From Eledone cirrhosa (taxonomy: Eukaryota): a stretch of DNA of 64,000 nt. This document shows, in pieces, positions 41,438 to 55,000 of the stretch. The notes beneath the pieces were generated by a model. That model was not told the origin of the DNA and did no database searches. It saw only the letters and a list, made by a program, of their open reading frames with translations. Every line of letters begins with the position of its first letter. Position 1 is the stretch's first letter. Made by a program: the position numbers and the translations under genes. The DNA is taken from the NCBI GenBank assembly GCA_964016885.1, contig OZ024762.1, positions 2,046,001-2,110,000 of the forward strand, given 5' to 3'.

Positions 41438-42809
41438 TAGACGAAATCCGAGCAGTTGATGTTAGAACTCGGAAAATACTAAACAACACCGGAAACTTCC
41501 ACATCAACAGTGACATAGACCGCCTTTACTTGAAATGTAAGCAGGGAGGGGGGGGGGGCAGAGGCCTAACATCAGTCCAGGCAACATTTGAATGTCGCAT
41601 CATATCTCTCCAACAACATCTACGAACCTCGAAGCGTAGGAGCCCGTTCCTTGAGCAAGTCTATCTGCATGAAACAGATAAGATCATGAGAGTCGGGAAG
41701 GAACTCCTCGAGAGATATTCAAAAACTCACACCCAGGGAAGTCGCTCAGCAGTATCGCAGTGAATCCATGGATGAAAAACTGCATGCTTATCAGCAAAAA
41801 TTCATGCATGGATATGTTGCCAGGAAGCTCCAGATTGACAGTATTATAGATAAGGAAAATAGTCTATCTTGGACTAACAACCGCTATATTGGCTCCCACT
41901 TTGAAGGATACGCTTTTGCAATCCCAAAACAGGAAATTAACACGAAATACCTGATTCACAAAAGAGATTGGGATGCAGGCAAAACACCTAGATGTGATAA
42001 CAAGTGCAGACTCTGCAGAATTAACATCGAAGATGTCACCCATGTCATCAGCAGCTGTCCAAAGATGTCATCGCGGTACTATCTACCTATGAGGCATGTT
42101 GTAGTGGCCAAAACACTGTACAATGCAATCCGTAGAAAAGATAGCACATTAAAAGCTACAGCAATGTGGAAGATATCCGTATACATAATATGAAAGAGTA
42201 CTGGTGGAATGTTCCAGTAAAACCCCCAATAAAATGCAGGCATAATAGACCAGATATTATGATATGGGACAGGGAAAAGAAAGCATGCACAGTAGTGGAA
42301 GTTAGCTGCCCAGCAGATGGCAATATAATATCAAAGATTAGCGAAAAGGAGAATGTTTATGCAGAACTGATAAGAAATCTGCAGATACTCCACCCTGATT
42401 ACGCCTTCAGATTTATGCCTGTGATTATTGGGGCACTGGGGTATGCTAGTAACTGCCTCAATACAAATCTTGAGAAGCTAGGCTTCACAGAAACAGAAAG
42501 AACACAACTAGTTAGGAAATTACAAGTACAATCCATTAATGGAACAGTAAAAATATGTAAAACATTCCCAAAATTTTGCATCTAATAACTGCATATACAC
42601 ATGTACAGATACAAAGCATATACACATGCACACATGCAACTCAAAACATCCACATCCACACATACAATAACATCCATATCTACACATGCATGCATACATA
42701 CATATCTACCTAGTTGATGTGTAAATTCCAATGAGAGTCTTGTGTCTATGTTAGAAACCGACTCTCTCTCTATTGGCAAAAATTTGTGAAATTATAAAAC
42801 CAGAAGAAC
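41438..42809 (+). mobile_element. 5'-truncated R4/Dong-like non-LTR retrotransposon
   Basis: DIDRLYL..KQGGRGL, CRLCRINIEDVTHVISSC, RH..V, RPDIMIWDREKKACTVVEVSCP, K...Y, PVIIGALG (CCHC plus RLE); (TACA)n on both flanks. Confidence 0.9.
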
Positions 42810-43389
42810 ATACATACATACATACATACAAACATATATATATATATATATATATACATACACACATATATACATACATGCAAACATACAAACATACATA
42901 CATACATACACACATACATACATCCATCCATACATACATACATACATTTAGATATAAGATCAAAGAAAATCTCATTTATTATCGCATTATCTCGTGTTGT
43001 TTAGCTACAGTTAGATGTAAAAGTAAACTTGATAAATGGCGTATTTCCTCCATTATAAAACTTTACAAAAAAAAACTTTTTCAAAATGACTTTTCATTCA
43101 CGTCTGTCCAACCACTCATAAGGCGGTGGTATGGCAGAATCGGTAGAGCGTCAGACACCATGCTTTGCAGCATAGAGTTATGGTCCTTTGCGTTCTGAGT
43201 TCAAATCTCGCCGAGGTTAACTTTGCCTTTCATCCTTACGAGATTGATAAAATAAAGTACCAGTAATGTACTGGGGTAATCGCTGGCCTTGTGCCAAAAG
43301 TAGAAAAACCATAATGCTTTCTGATGTAGACACTGAAAATATGAGAGGGAGGAGCTGATTAACTAGGAGTAGGAGGGACTAATTAATTT

Positions 43390-43998
43390 GGGTGGGAGAT
43401 TAACTGAGAATAGGAGTAGGAGGAACTAAGACTAGGAGTGGGAGGGAGATTAACTGAGAATAGGAGTAGGAGGAACTAAGACTAGGAGTGGGTGGGAGAT
43501 TAACTGAGAATAGGAGTAGGAGGAACTAAGACTAGGAGTGGGTGGGAGATTAACTGAGAATAGGAGTAGGAGGAACTAAGACTAGGAGTGGGTGGGAGAT
43601 TAACTGAGAATAGGAGTAGGAGGAACTAAGACTAGGAGGGAGTAACTGGGAATGGGGGTAATTAACTAGGAGTGGGAGGGAGTAACTGGGAATGGGGGTA
43701 ATTAACTAGGAGTGGGTGGGAGTAACTGGGAATGGGGGTAATTAACTAGGAGTGGGTGGGAGTAACTGGGAATGGGGGTAATTAACTAGGAGTGGGTGGG
43801 AGTAACTGGGAATGGGGGTAATTAACTAGGAGTGGGTGGGAGTAACTGGGAATGGGGGTAATTAACTAGGAGTGGGTGGGAGTAACTGGGAATGGGGGTA
43901 ATTAACTAGGAGTGGGTGGGAGTAACTGGGAATGGGGGTAATTAACTAGGAGTGGGTGGGAGTAACTGGGAATGGGGGTAATTAACTAGGAGTAGGTG
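43390..43998 (+). repeat. compound G-rich minisatellite (50-bp unit x5, then 40-bp unit x9)
   Basis: 40-mer GGGTGGGAGTAACTGGGAATGGGGGTAATTAACTAGGAGT. Confidence 0.95.
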
Positions 43999-44301
43999 GA
44001 ACTGATCAATTGGGAATGGGAAGGTATAAGTAACTGGGAGTAGGAGGAAATAAGTGGGGATGGGAGGGACTAACTAACTGGGAGTAGGAGGAATTTACCT
44101 AGTGGAAGTGGGAGGAACTAACTGACTATGCAAAAGGGGAAAAGACTCTTTGTGTGAGCAAAGTTCCTGAAAAGCAAACGATAACAAGACTGGGTAGCGG
44201 AGGGGGGTCGCAGGTAGTGGTTTAGAGGAAGTAGCATTGGCTAGAAGGAAGAGAAGAATGTGGGATAGATAGGAGACGAAAAGGAAGAGGAGGAGAGACA
44301 G

Positions 44302-44333
<32 letters not shown>

Positions 44334-44394
44334 CCTATATATAAGTGTGTGTGTGTATATATATATTTATTTATATTTATATATATATATGTAT

Positions 44395-44502
44395 ATAGGG
44401 TGTCCCAAATAAATGTATACAAACTTCAACAGCATTCTAATAAATATTGCCTGTACAGGTAATCAAAATGTGTATACATTTTTTTTTTGGCGGGGAGACA
44501 CC

Positions 44503-44506
<4 letters not shown>
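44395..44506. mobile_element. ~105-bp Tc1-like MITE; copies at 45170-45280, 47626-47730, 54281-54375
   Basis: TA-CAGGGTGTC-type inverted termini. Confidence 0.65.
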
Positions 44507-44537
<31 letters not shown>

Positions 44538-44553
44538 CGGGGGTAACCAGATG

Positions 44554-44604
44554 GGCTTATTGATGATTTCTCCCGAATGAAACAGTTCTAGTCCTGTAGA
44601 AGCC
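44554..44604 (+). ncRNA. degenerate hammerhead motif (family of 9882-9932)
   Basis: GGCTTA-TTGATGA-TTTC(TCCC)GAAT-GAA-ACAG(TTCTAGTC)CTGT-A-GAAGCC. Confidence 0.55.
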
Positions 44605-45465
44605 TTTTCTATATTAAATGTATATATATGTATGTGTGTAGGTATATATAGGGGAGAAAGGGGTAAAGGGAGAGGAAAAGGCGGGAGAAGAAGGGAGAAA
44701 TATGACATGGTAGTGTTATTGTTAGAGCGGAAGTTGAATTAGATGAAAAAAAAGTAACAACAAAAAATAATAAATAAAAGCACCAGAAAAGCAATAACAA
44801 AAAAATAACAAATAGTAGATACTTAAAAAGCAAAAAACCACCAACGAAACAACTAAAAACAAAAAGTTGCGAACAAGGTGTGTAACTCTTCAGTGTTTGA
44901 AGGTGGAAAAATTAGAGTGTGAAGAGCGACAATAAAATATTTCTAGCCAACATTGATGATGGCTTCGACACAGGGGATTCAGCTTAGCAAAGTTAGTGTT
45001 GTTTTTATTTTTCTCTCTCTCTTAATTAATTAATTAATATATTTATTTATTTATATATATATATTTATTGATTTATTATCGATGTTCATTCACTATATTT
45101 TTCTTCAATTGCCCGTCAGTCATAAACACACATTTTCGTGTATATATATATATATATATATATACACATACTGGGTGTCCCTTAAAAATATATACATATT
45201 TCAACAGAATTATAATCAAAGTGTGTATACATTTTTTTGGAAGACTATATATATACAGTGTCCCCAAAAATGTATACAATATATATATAAGTACATATAT
45301 ACATTTGTGGTGAGATCGTATTTATATAATATACATGTATATATATATGTGTATGTATATTATATGTGTTTAAAATATCGCATTAAAAAACCATTGAACC
45401 ATTAAGTGACCAAGCACTCAATACTGGGTGTTAGTGTGGAAATATATTTTGTCTAAGGAAATGGA

Positions 45466-45502
45466 AAGTGACTTCGAAGTTTCAGCGTGATCGCTTCATC
45501 TA
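45466..45502 (-). ncRNA. 5'-truncated hammerhead motif
   Basis: Minus strand ..GATGA-AGCG(ATCA)CGCT-GAA-ACTTCGAAGT-C-ACTT; palindromic stem III, GUC triplet. Confidence 0.5.
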
Positions 45503-45910
45503 CAATAAACATGCATACACATATATATAATAAAAAGTACCAGTAATACACTGGGTAATTGCTGGCCTTGTGTCAAAAGTAGAAACGATTATGTATATAT
45601 CAATATATAAACACATGTATATATATATATATATATATATATACATGTGTTTGTATAATACACGCACACAAATATATATACATACATACAATATATGCAT
45701 ATATATACATATACACACATATATAAACACATGTATATATATATATATATATATATATAATACACACAAATATATGTATATACACACAATATATGCTTGT
45801 ATATACATACACACAAACAAACATACACACAAATATATATATATACACATACATATACATACACACACATATAAACATGTATATATATATAATACACACA
45901 AATATATATA

Positions 45911-47543
45911 TATAACTTTGTTTGGCCTTATTAGCTGTTAATTTACTAAACATGAGTTTTCTAGTATTTTTTATTGTCTCTCAATCAACCTATTTTTTAT
46001 TTATCTTTCTCTCTCTCTGTCTCTCAATCTCTCTCACTCTGTCTCTCTCCATCTCAATCTCTCTCTCTCAATCTCTGTCTCCGTCTCAATCGCTCCATCT
46101 ATATCTTTTCCCGCCTCTCTCTCTCTCTCTCAATCTCTCCATCCATCTCTCTCTCTGTCTCAATCTCTCCATTTATCTCTGCCCCTCGCTCTCTCTCTCT
46201 CTCTCTCTCTCAATCTCTCCATCTATCTCTGACTCTCGCTCTCTCTCTCCATCCATCCATCTCTCTCTCTGTCTCTCAATCAACCTATTTTTTATTTATC
46301 TCTCTCTCTCCATCTCAATCTCTCCATCTCTCCCTGTCTCCGCCAATCTCTCTCTCTCTCTCTATCTCTCTGTCTCAGTCTCCATCTCTCTCTCTCTCTC
46401 AGCCATCAATCGATCAACATAAACCATTAACCACCACAACAACAGCAACAACAAACTTCCAATATACTCTCTCTCATGTTTATTTTTCATATAATATATA
46501 TATAATATATATATATTATATATATATAATATATATAATATATTTTCTTCCTGTCCTACGAACGACCCCCTCCTTATATCAGTCAAACATTCACAACAAC
46601 ATTTATTTATCTTATTTTACCAATGTTATTTAAAAAACAACTATAAGTAGAATTATGAGGGTCGGCTGAAATAATCATAGGCTGACCAAGATACTCTCAT
46701 GGAATGACCAAATGAGGTTCATTTTTCACAACATAGTCCCTAGAAAGAAACAATAGTTATTTATTAATAAGAAGAGCATGCAAGATTTCACAGCTCTAGC
46801 ATCATTCCTTCATAGTCAGCCTATGAACTGTTCAGCCTACCTTCAAATATATATATATATATATACACACATATATACATAAATATATATACATATACAC
46901 ACACAAGGGTCAGCTGAAAAATTCATAGACTGACCAAGGTACTCTCATGGAATGACCAAATGAGGATCATTTTTCACAACATAGTCCCTGGACAGAAACA
47001 GTGTAATTGTCATTAATATAAGAAGAGTTGAAATTAATACATGCAAGATTTCACAGCTCTAGCATCACTCCTTTATAATCAACCTATGAGTTCAGCCTAC
47101 CCATATATATATATGTATATATATGTATCTATACATATATATATGTATCTATACATATATGTATGTATATATATGTATCTATACATACATATATGTATCT
47201 ATATACATATATGTATGTGTGTTTATATATATACACACACACACAAGTGTCGGCTGAGAAAATCATAGGCTGACCAAGGTACTCTCATGGAATGACCAAA
47301 TGTAGTTTATTTTTATTTTTCACAACATAGACCCTGGAAAGAAACAATGCAGTTATTAATAAGAGTATGCAAGATTTCACAGCTCTAGCATGACTCCTTC
47401 ATAGTGCCAACCTATTAACTTTTCAGCTGATCCTCTTATTATTTTTATCTTCTATTCCTGTCAATTATTTGTTTTGTAGCCATTAAATTTTTCAGGTTTT
47501 GATGGAGGTGGTTGTTTGTGTGTGTAAACATCTTCCTTCGTAA

Positions 47544-47581
<38 letters not shown>

Positions 47582-47733
47582 CACAGATTACGAAGGTATG
47601 TATATATATATACACACACCTACTCACTGGGTGTCCCCCCCAAAAATGTATACACACTTCGACAGTATTCTAATAAATATTGCCTGTACAGGTAATCAAA
47701 ACGTGTATACATTTTTTGGCGACACCCTGTATG

Positions 47734-47777
<44 letters not shown>

Positions 47778-48608
47778 GTAGCATGGTTGAATGGGTAAAA
47801 GGTTCTCTTCGCAATCACGAGTTTACTGGTTTAGTCTTGTATGCCAGGCACCTCGGGGTACCTAAGCTTTTTATATGTAAAATTGGTTGCTATCTGATGA
47901 AACTGTTATTGTGGCTGTAATGTCACAAACAGAGTGTGTTTTAGGCTGAATCTCCCTGAGCCTGAGAATCACTTTAAATACACGTGTCTGTAGTCTGTAG
48001 ATTACCTAGGCCTAATTAATCAGTTACATGTTTAATTAATAAATAAATAGGCCATTTCGTTGACTTAAGCCACTCGAACACTCACCGACGACCTTTCGTT
48101 CATCGAACAGAAAGTACCCTAGTTTTTTTTTGGTTTATAATCCACCAAATACCCGTAAATGGACGGCGGCGACATTAAATGACCAAAGACTTCTAAAGAC
48201 ATGCCGTTCTAACTTTGATTATTCGGCATCTTCTCTCTTGTCACCATCCTTCTATCTTTCCATCCAACTATCTCTCTATCGATCTATCTCTATCGTATCT
48301 CAGATATTTCTTATAAGAAGTGACACAGATAGAAAGAGGAAAGTAGAAATTATCGGAAGAAATAATAAAAAGTTTTGTATACTATGTTTGTAGTGTGTAT
48401 ATTCTGTGGTATTTTTGTCTCTCTCTCTCCCTCTCTCTCTCTCTATATATATATATTGTGCTATTTTTGTCTCTCTCTCCATCTATATATATATATATAT
48501 CTACCTACCTATCTATCGTTGTATTTGTCCCTTTCTTTTGTGCCCCTGTGGCTAATAAAGAAACATATCTATCGTCTGTCTATATATAAATAAGTATACG
48601 AAGCTTGT

Positions 48609-48612
<4 letters not shown>
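45911..48612 (+). repeat. local duplication, copy A
   Basis: Colinear with 52011-55183; 47775-48415 nearly identical to 54435-55075. Confidence 0.92.
46657..47435. mobile_element. three adjacent mariner-like MITE copies; two more at 53848-54155
   Basis: TIRs GAGGGTCGGCTGAAA...CATAGGCTGAC / GTCAGCCTATGAAC..TTCAGC..ACC.TC, ~190 bp each, separated by TA/CA tracts. Confidence 0.75.
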
Positions 48613-48671
<59 letters not shown>

Positions 48672-48799
48672 GTATGCTGTTGACAACTGAGAGAAAAGAG
48701 TACTCAATAATACCGAAGTAGAGTGTTAATATCCATTTATATCACGGCTGAATAGTGAGACTTGTTACTCTGGGGTTTCGCTCGTTTACCACAGGGTCA

Positions 48800-48845
48800 T
48801 GTTTGATGACCCTGTGGTAAACAGGTGAAACTCCACAGTAACAAG
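48800..48845 (+). ncRNA. degenerate hammerhead motif within a palindrome
   Basis: TGT-TTGATGA-CCCTGT(GGTAA)ACAGGT-GAA-ACT(CCAC)AGT-A-ACA. Confidence 0.55.
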
Positions 48846-48866
48846 TCTCACTATTCAGCCTTAATG

Positions 48867-48905
<39 letters not shown>

Positions 48906-49039
48906 CCCGATATATTCCTTCCATATACTGTACCAATTTGTTGTTATTTCTGTTTACCTTTTACATATCTACATACATACACATACACATATATATATAT
49001 GTGTATATATATATGTGTGTGTGTGTGTGTGTGGAGGCG

Positions 49040-49232
49040 CCACGGAAAAAAAGCACCCAGCACTCACTGTAAATGAGGTAGGTGTTAGGAAGGGCATCCA
49101 GCTGTAGAATTCAAGCCAGAATCAGTTCCTGTATGAGCAAGGCATGGTCAGCCGACCAGACACTGCCCACAACAGGACAACCCGTCTAACCCATGCTAGC
49201 GTGGAAGAACGGACATAAAACGGTGATGATGA

Positions 49233-49236
<4 letters not shown>
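49040..49236 (+). mobile_element. short element sharing the RTE 3' UTR and (GAT)n tail; related minus copy at 34692-34855
   Basis: 49068-49236 closely matches 53610-53786. Confidence 0.8.
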
Positions 49237-49271
<35 letters not shown>

Positions 49272-49353
49272 TTTATCCCAGGTTGAATCGGAGGTAACTA
49301 CAGTAAGTAAGGTACTCAATACATAGCAGAGTATAAATATTTAATATAGAAAT

Positions 49354-49399
49354 GGCTTCTACAGGTCTAGAACTGTTTCATTCGGGAGAAATCATCGGG

Positions 49400-49404
<5 letters not shown>
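49354..49404 (-). ncRNA. degenerate hammerhead motif (family of 9882-9932)
   Basis: Minus strand AGCTTC-CCGATGA-TTTC(TCCC)GAAT-GAA-ACAG(TTCTAGAC)CTGT-A-GAAGCC. Confidence 0.55.
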
Positions 49405-49493
<89 letters not shown>

Positions 49494-50434
49494 GAAATAC
49501 TGCTCGCTTTTTGCTACAATGTTTTGTATACCTTTCATTTATATATTAATAAAGCTGACGTATGTAACAAACTTTTGGCCAAACGGCACCAAATTTGCAC
49601 CATAGATGTAACTTTTCCCAAGGGAGAAAGTGAGGAGTACATTACTGGTACTTTATTATATATAATTGTTTCTACAATTGGCACAAGGCCAGCAAATAAC
49701 CAGTACATTACTGGTACTTTATTTTATCGACTCCGTAAGGATGAAAGGCAAAGTTAACCTCGGCGGGATATTTCTTACTCTGTCTTTTTAGATACATAGC
49801 TATAACGTCGCACGCTATCTGTCTGTATGTCTGCCTGTCTGCATTGACTTCGCTTCTAACCAACTTTTAATTAATTATATATACTAGTGTAGTGTATATA
49901 TTGGTATTATACGCAAGATATGATACATCAAATGAAATCGTAATTGGAAATATGCTCAGAAATTGAACGAAGACTGCGTTATGTGTGATCAGTAACGTAA
50001 TCCATGATACATTAAAAAAGACGATATTATATATAAACTGCATTAGGAAAAGAATTAGTGACGGAAATATATGAATATTTATTTAAACGATCGCTAACCG
50101 GAAGTGTTGATATTTGAAAATTTTAAAGAAGTGAATCTTAAAATAAGTAATAGCATTATTTATATTTAATTAAGAACAACGAAATTTAGTAGATAAAATA
50201 TGTAATATTCATTCATTATTTATTCAAAGTAATCCAACTTATTTTACAAACGGGATAAAAAAATATATATTCTGGACGCAGTCCCGCACTCCTTACTTTA
50301 TTATAGTTGAGATATATATAATTATATATACGTGTACAGATATTTTTGCATGCACAAACACACAATACATCGGAAAACAGAACTACAAAAACAAAATATA
50401 AACAAACATTGTATTTATTTCGTTAGGTACGTCA

Positions 50435-51959
50435 TCTATATATATATATCTGGATGCCAATGGTGGATTTATTGAATGAAATCAATGGAGCTGGCCTTTC
50501 TTATCTTTCCATGTAGGCGACATACAGATTAGCACCACCAATCTCACTAAACAACACAATGCCCCCTCTCACCTTTTGACTCACGCGCGTGCAATTACAT
50601 TTTAACTGAAGCCAATCACTATCAGTCATGATTGACCCCTCATAACTTGATTGGTTATTCGATTCCTATGCGTCTCCCTCCCCTGAATAACACCTATATA
50701 AAGAGCAAACACGACCCTGTTTGAACAATCATTGTTACTGCCGATATGCCACCTAAAAAGTCCCGACCTGGCCGCAAGATCCGATTTTCCATAAGAAAAA
50801 ATATTACTAGAGCAACAGAGTCTGAAAATGATCGCGAACGTCGCCTCCAGCAGATGAGGGCTCATGCGAAAGCCATTCGAGCAGGCCAGTCTCAATATGA
50901 GCGCTAGTCTCACCTTAAGCAACTGAGGACTAATGCGAGAGCCATTAGATCAGCCCAGTCTCAAAAGCGCCAGTCTCTCCTTCAGCAACTGAGGTCCCGT
51001 GCAGAAGGCAGGAGAGCAAGCCAGATTGGAGCAGGTGAGTTCACAAGCTGATTGCATCTATATTGCATTACAGCATCAATGTGCCATACAGGTCCTTGCA
51101 AAACTAAGTCCGATTTTTAAGAGGGCTTAAGTAGAACAGTGCGTGTGACAGAGAGTTACATAGGGCGGCCAGGGGAATATTAAAGATAATTGGGTTCAAA
51201 GGGTCGGGGGAAGGAGTTAGATACGCGCCCAAGGGGTCAGGCAAGCTGGCGCTAACTTTCGGGGCAGATTGAGGACACGTGCGTGAGGTGGAATCTGCAC
51301 GCCGCAGTGAACTATAATTATAAAGACGCTAAGATTGAGTCACCACGATAGCTTTCCCCCCTTAGCTCCGTAGTCGGAAGATAGTGCAGGAACGTACCTC
51401 TTATTGAAAACCACACACTTGCCATTAGCATTTCATCCAGACTTACATAGAAAGAAGAGATGGGCATGTTTACTGGAGGGGGAAATATAGGTCAGTGAGG
51501 GTCATACTGGTAACAACAGGGAGCATGAAGCAGCGTGTTGATGTATTCAGCCGAAATCACCTCTATATTACTTGCTACGTTAATTGCCACTACATCAAAC
51601 TAGCAGGCCCAGCTGGATAGCGCCTGGCGGTAGGCCTGCATCAGATCTTTTAGAAAGCACTCACAACCAGTGCGACATTAGCAGGATTGTGGCAAAACTA
51701 ATGGTCCAACACCACAGTTGTAACTTTTACGATAGAATCGAGTGATTATGGTCGTTGAGCATTCCAGTGGTGGTGGTATTTTTCATGCGTCAGAAATGTG
51801 TCACCACAATAGCCCCCCCCCCCCCTTTTGATACGTACTCGGAACAACAATGTGACTTGAGAGGGCGTGCAGTATCTTTGCACTGGAGTGGAGGGTGGCT
51901 TACTGAAAAGATAATATGCCGGTATACCTAACTGGGCGTCAGCCAGACGGGCCAGCTAG
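50435..51959 (+). mobile_element. non-autonomous Helitron
   Basis: A|TC start (TCTATATATA), 3' hairpin CGTC-AGCCA-GACG then CTAG|T; decayed ORF start at 50746 (MPPKKSRPGRK...ESENDRERRLQQMRAHAKAIRA repeats), like RepHel N-termini. Confidence 0.65.
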
Positions 51960-52010
51960 TATAATATATGTATATATGTATATATATATATGTGTGTGTA
52001 TATATATATA

Positions 52011-55000
52011 TATAACTTCGTTTGGCCTTATTAGCTGTTAATTTACTAAACATGAGTTTTCTAGTATTTTTTCTTGTCTCTCAATCAAAACCTATTTTTT
52101 ATTTATCTCTCTCTCTCACCATCACAGTCTTCCCCTCTGTCTCTCCATCTCAGTCTCTCATATCAATCTCTCTCCATCCCAATCTCTGTTTCCATCTTTC
52201 TCTCTCATGTTTTTTTTTTATATAATATATTATAATATATATATATAATATATTTTCCTCTCCTACGAAAGACCCTCTCCTTATATCAGCCAAACATTCA
52301 CAACAACAACATTTATTTATCTTAGCTAAAAGTAAGCTGCTCTACCTGGCATTTGTTGATCTGGAGAAAGCCTTCGACCGAGTCCCCTGTGCTATAATCT
52401 GGTGGGCTCTTAGAAAACTAGGAGTAGATGAATGGCTTGTGAAAGGTGTACAAGCCCTGTATAGAGGAGCAGTCAGCAAAGTTAGGATTAGCGAGGTATT
52501 TAGCATACAGGTCGGTGTCCACCAGGGCTCTGTTCTTCGCCCTCTCCTGTTCATCATAGTTTTGCAGGCAATAACGGAGGAGTTTAAGACTGGGTGCCCA
52601 TGGGAACTCCTGTATGCAAATGACCTCGCACTTATAGCTGAATCTATGTTAGAACTAGAAAAGAAATTCCAAACATGGAAACAGGGACTAGAAAGAAAGG
52701 GTCTCGAAGTCAACCTGACAAAGACTAAGATCCTCGTAAGTAGACGAGAAAACAGAACCCAGATCCCCTCAGGGAAATGGCCTTGCTCAGTACGTAGGAA
52801 ATGTATAGGTAGGAACTCCATCCTCTGCCCCAAATGCAAACAATGGGTACACAAGAGATGTAGCGGGATCTCAGGAAGTTTAACTAAGAATGTAGGCTTC
52901 ACATGTAGCAGCTGTGCTGGGGCAGCAAACAGCCACAGGAAACAAGCACCACCAATCTTTGGGAGGGCTCTGTAGAAACAGTAGACAGCTTCTGCTACCT
53001 AGGTGACTGAATTAGCAGCAAAGGTGGGTGTTCAGAAAGTACAATAACTAGGGTAAGAACGGGATGAAAGAAGTTCAGGGAGCTACTGCCACTGCTGGCT
53101 GCAAAAGGCTTTTCCCTCAAAATGAAAGGCAGACTGTATGATGCGTGTATCCGAACAGCAATGTTACATGGTAGTGAGACCTGGGCGCTGTCTGTAGAAG
53201 ACTTGCGTAGATTGGAAAGAAACGAAGCCTGTATGCTCCGATGGATGTGTAATAGTAATATATGCGAACGGCAAAGCATAACTGAATTGAGAGAGAGACT
53301 GAGCATAAGAGGAATCAAATGTTGTGTGCAGGAGAGGAAGTTGCGTTGGTATGGGCATGTGATGCGTATGAAGGATGACAGCTGCATAAAAAGGTGCAGA
53401 GCAGTAGAAGTCGATGGAAACCTCGGAGTGGGGAGACCCAAGAAGACCTGGGATGAGGTGATAAAAGTCGACCTTAACCAATTACACATCTCAAAGGCGT
53501 TGACACACGACCGTGACCTCTGGCGTCACGCAGTAATACAGAAGACCCGACTTCCCACGGGTACAAGCCGAAGCTGAAGCATGTAGACTATGTCCCCACC
53601 TCCTCCCACTGTGAATGAGGTTGGTGTTAGGAAGGGTATCCAGCTGTAGAAATCAAGTCAGAATCAGTTCCCATATGAGCAAGACAAGGTCAGCCGACCG
53701 GACACTGCCCACAACAGGACAACCAGTCTAACCCATGCTAGTGTGGAAGAACGGACGTAAAATGATGATGATGATGATGATGATGATTTACCAATGTTAT
53801 TATATTAACTGGGTTATTATTAAAAAACAATAACTATAAGTAGAATTATGAGGGTCAGCTAAAATATTCATAGGCTGACCAAGATACGCTCATGGAATGA
53901 CCAAATGAGGTTCATTTTTCACAACATAGTCCCTAGAAAGAAACAATAGTTATTAGTAAGAAGAGCATGCAAGATTTCACAGCTCTAGCATCATTCCTTC
54001 ATAGTCAGCCTATGAACTGTTCAGCCTACCTTCAAATATATACACACATATATACATATACAGACACACAAGGGTCGACTGAGAAGTTCATAAGCTGACC
54101 AAGGTACTCTCATGGAATGGCCAAATGAGGTTCATTTTTCACAACATAGTCCCTAAATAAATAAACATGTTTTTATTCATTCTGAAGACAGACACATCTG
54201 TCTTCAAGAAACCACTGGTAAATGAAATAATTATCTTAAGTTGTTTATTACATAACTATATAATATATATATACACACACACAGGGTGCCCCCCCCCCTC
54301 CCCCAAATGTATACACACTTCGACAGTATTCTAATAAATATTGCCTGTGTATACATTTTTTGGCGACACCCTGTATGTATGTGTGTATATATATATATGT
54401 ATATATATGTATATATATATATATATATATGTATTATGTAGCATGGTTGAATGGGTAAAAGGTTCTCTTCGCAATCACGAGTTTACTGGTTTAGTCTTGT
54501 ATGCCAGGCACCTCGGGGTACCTAAGCTTTTTATATGTAAAATTGGTTGCTATCTGATGAAACTGTTATTGTGGCTGTAATGTCACAAACAGAGTGTGTT
54601 TTAGGCTGAATCTCCCTGAGCCTGAGAATCACTTTAAATACACGTGTCTGTAGTCTGTAGATTACCTAGGCCTAATTAATCAGTAACATGTTTAATTAAT
54701 AAATAAATAGGCCATTTCGTTGACTTAAGCCACTCGAACACTCACCGACGACCTTTCGTTCATCGAACAGAAAGTACCCTAGTTTTTTTTTGGTTTATAA
54801 TCCACCAAATACCCGTAAATGGACGGCGGCGACATTAAATGACCAAAGACTTCTAAAGACATGCCGTTCTAACTTTGATTATTCGGCATCTTCTCTCTTG
54901 TCACCATCCTTCTATCTTTCCATCCAACTATCTCTCTATCGATCTATCTCTATCGTATCTCAGATATTTCTCATAAGAAGTGACACAGATAGAAAGAGGA

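Noticed and set aside
45922-46633. 166-aa and 219-aa ORFs
   Set aside because: (CT)n-derived low complexity within the duplicated block
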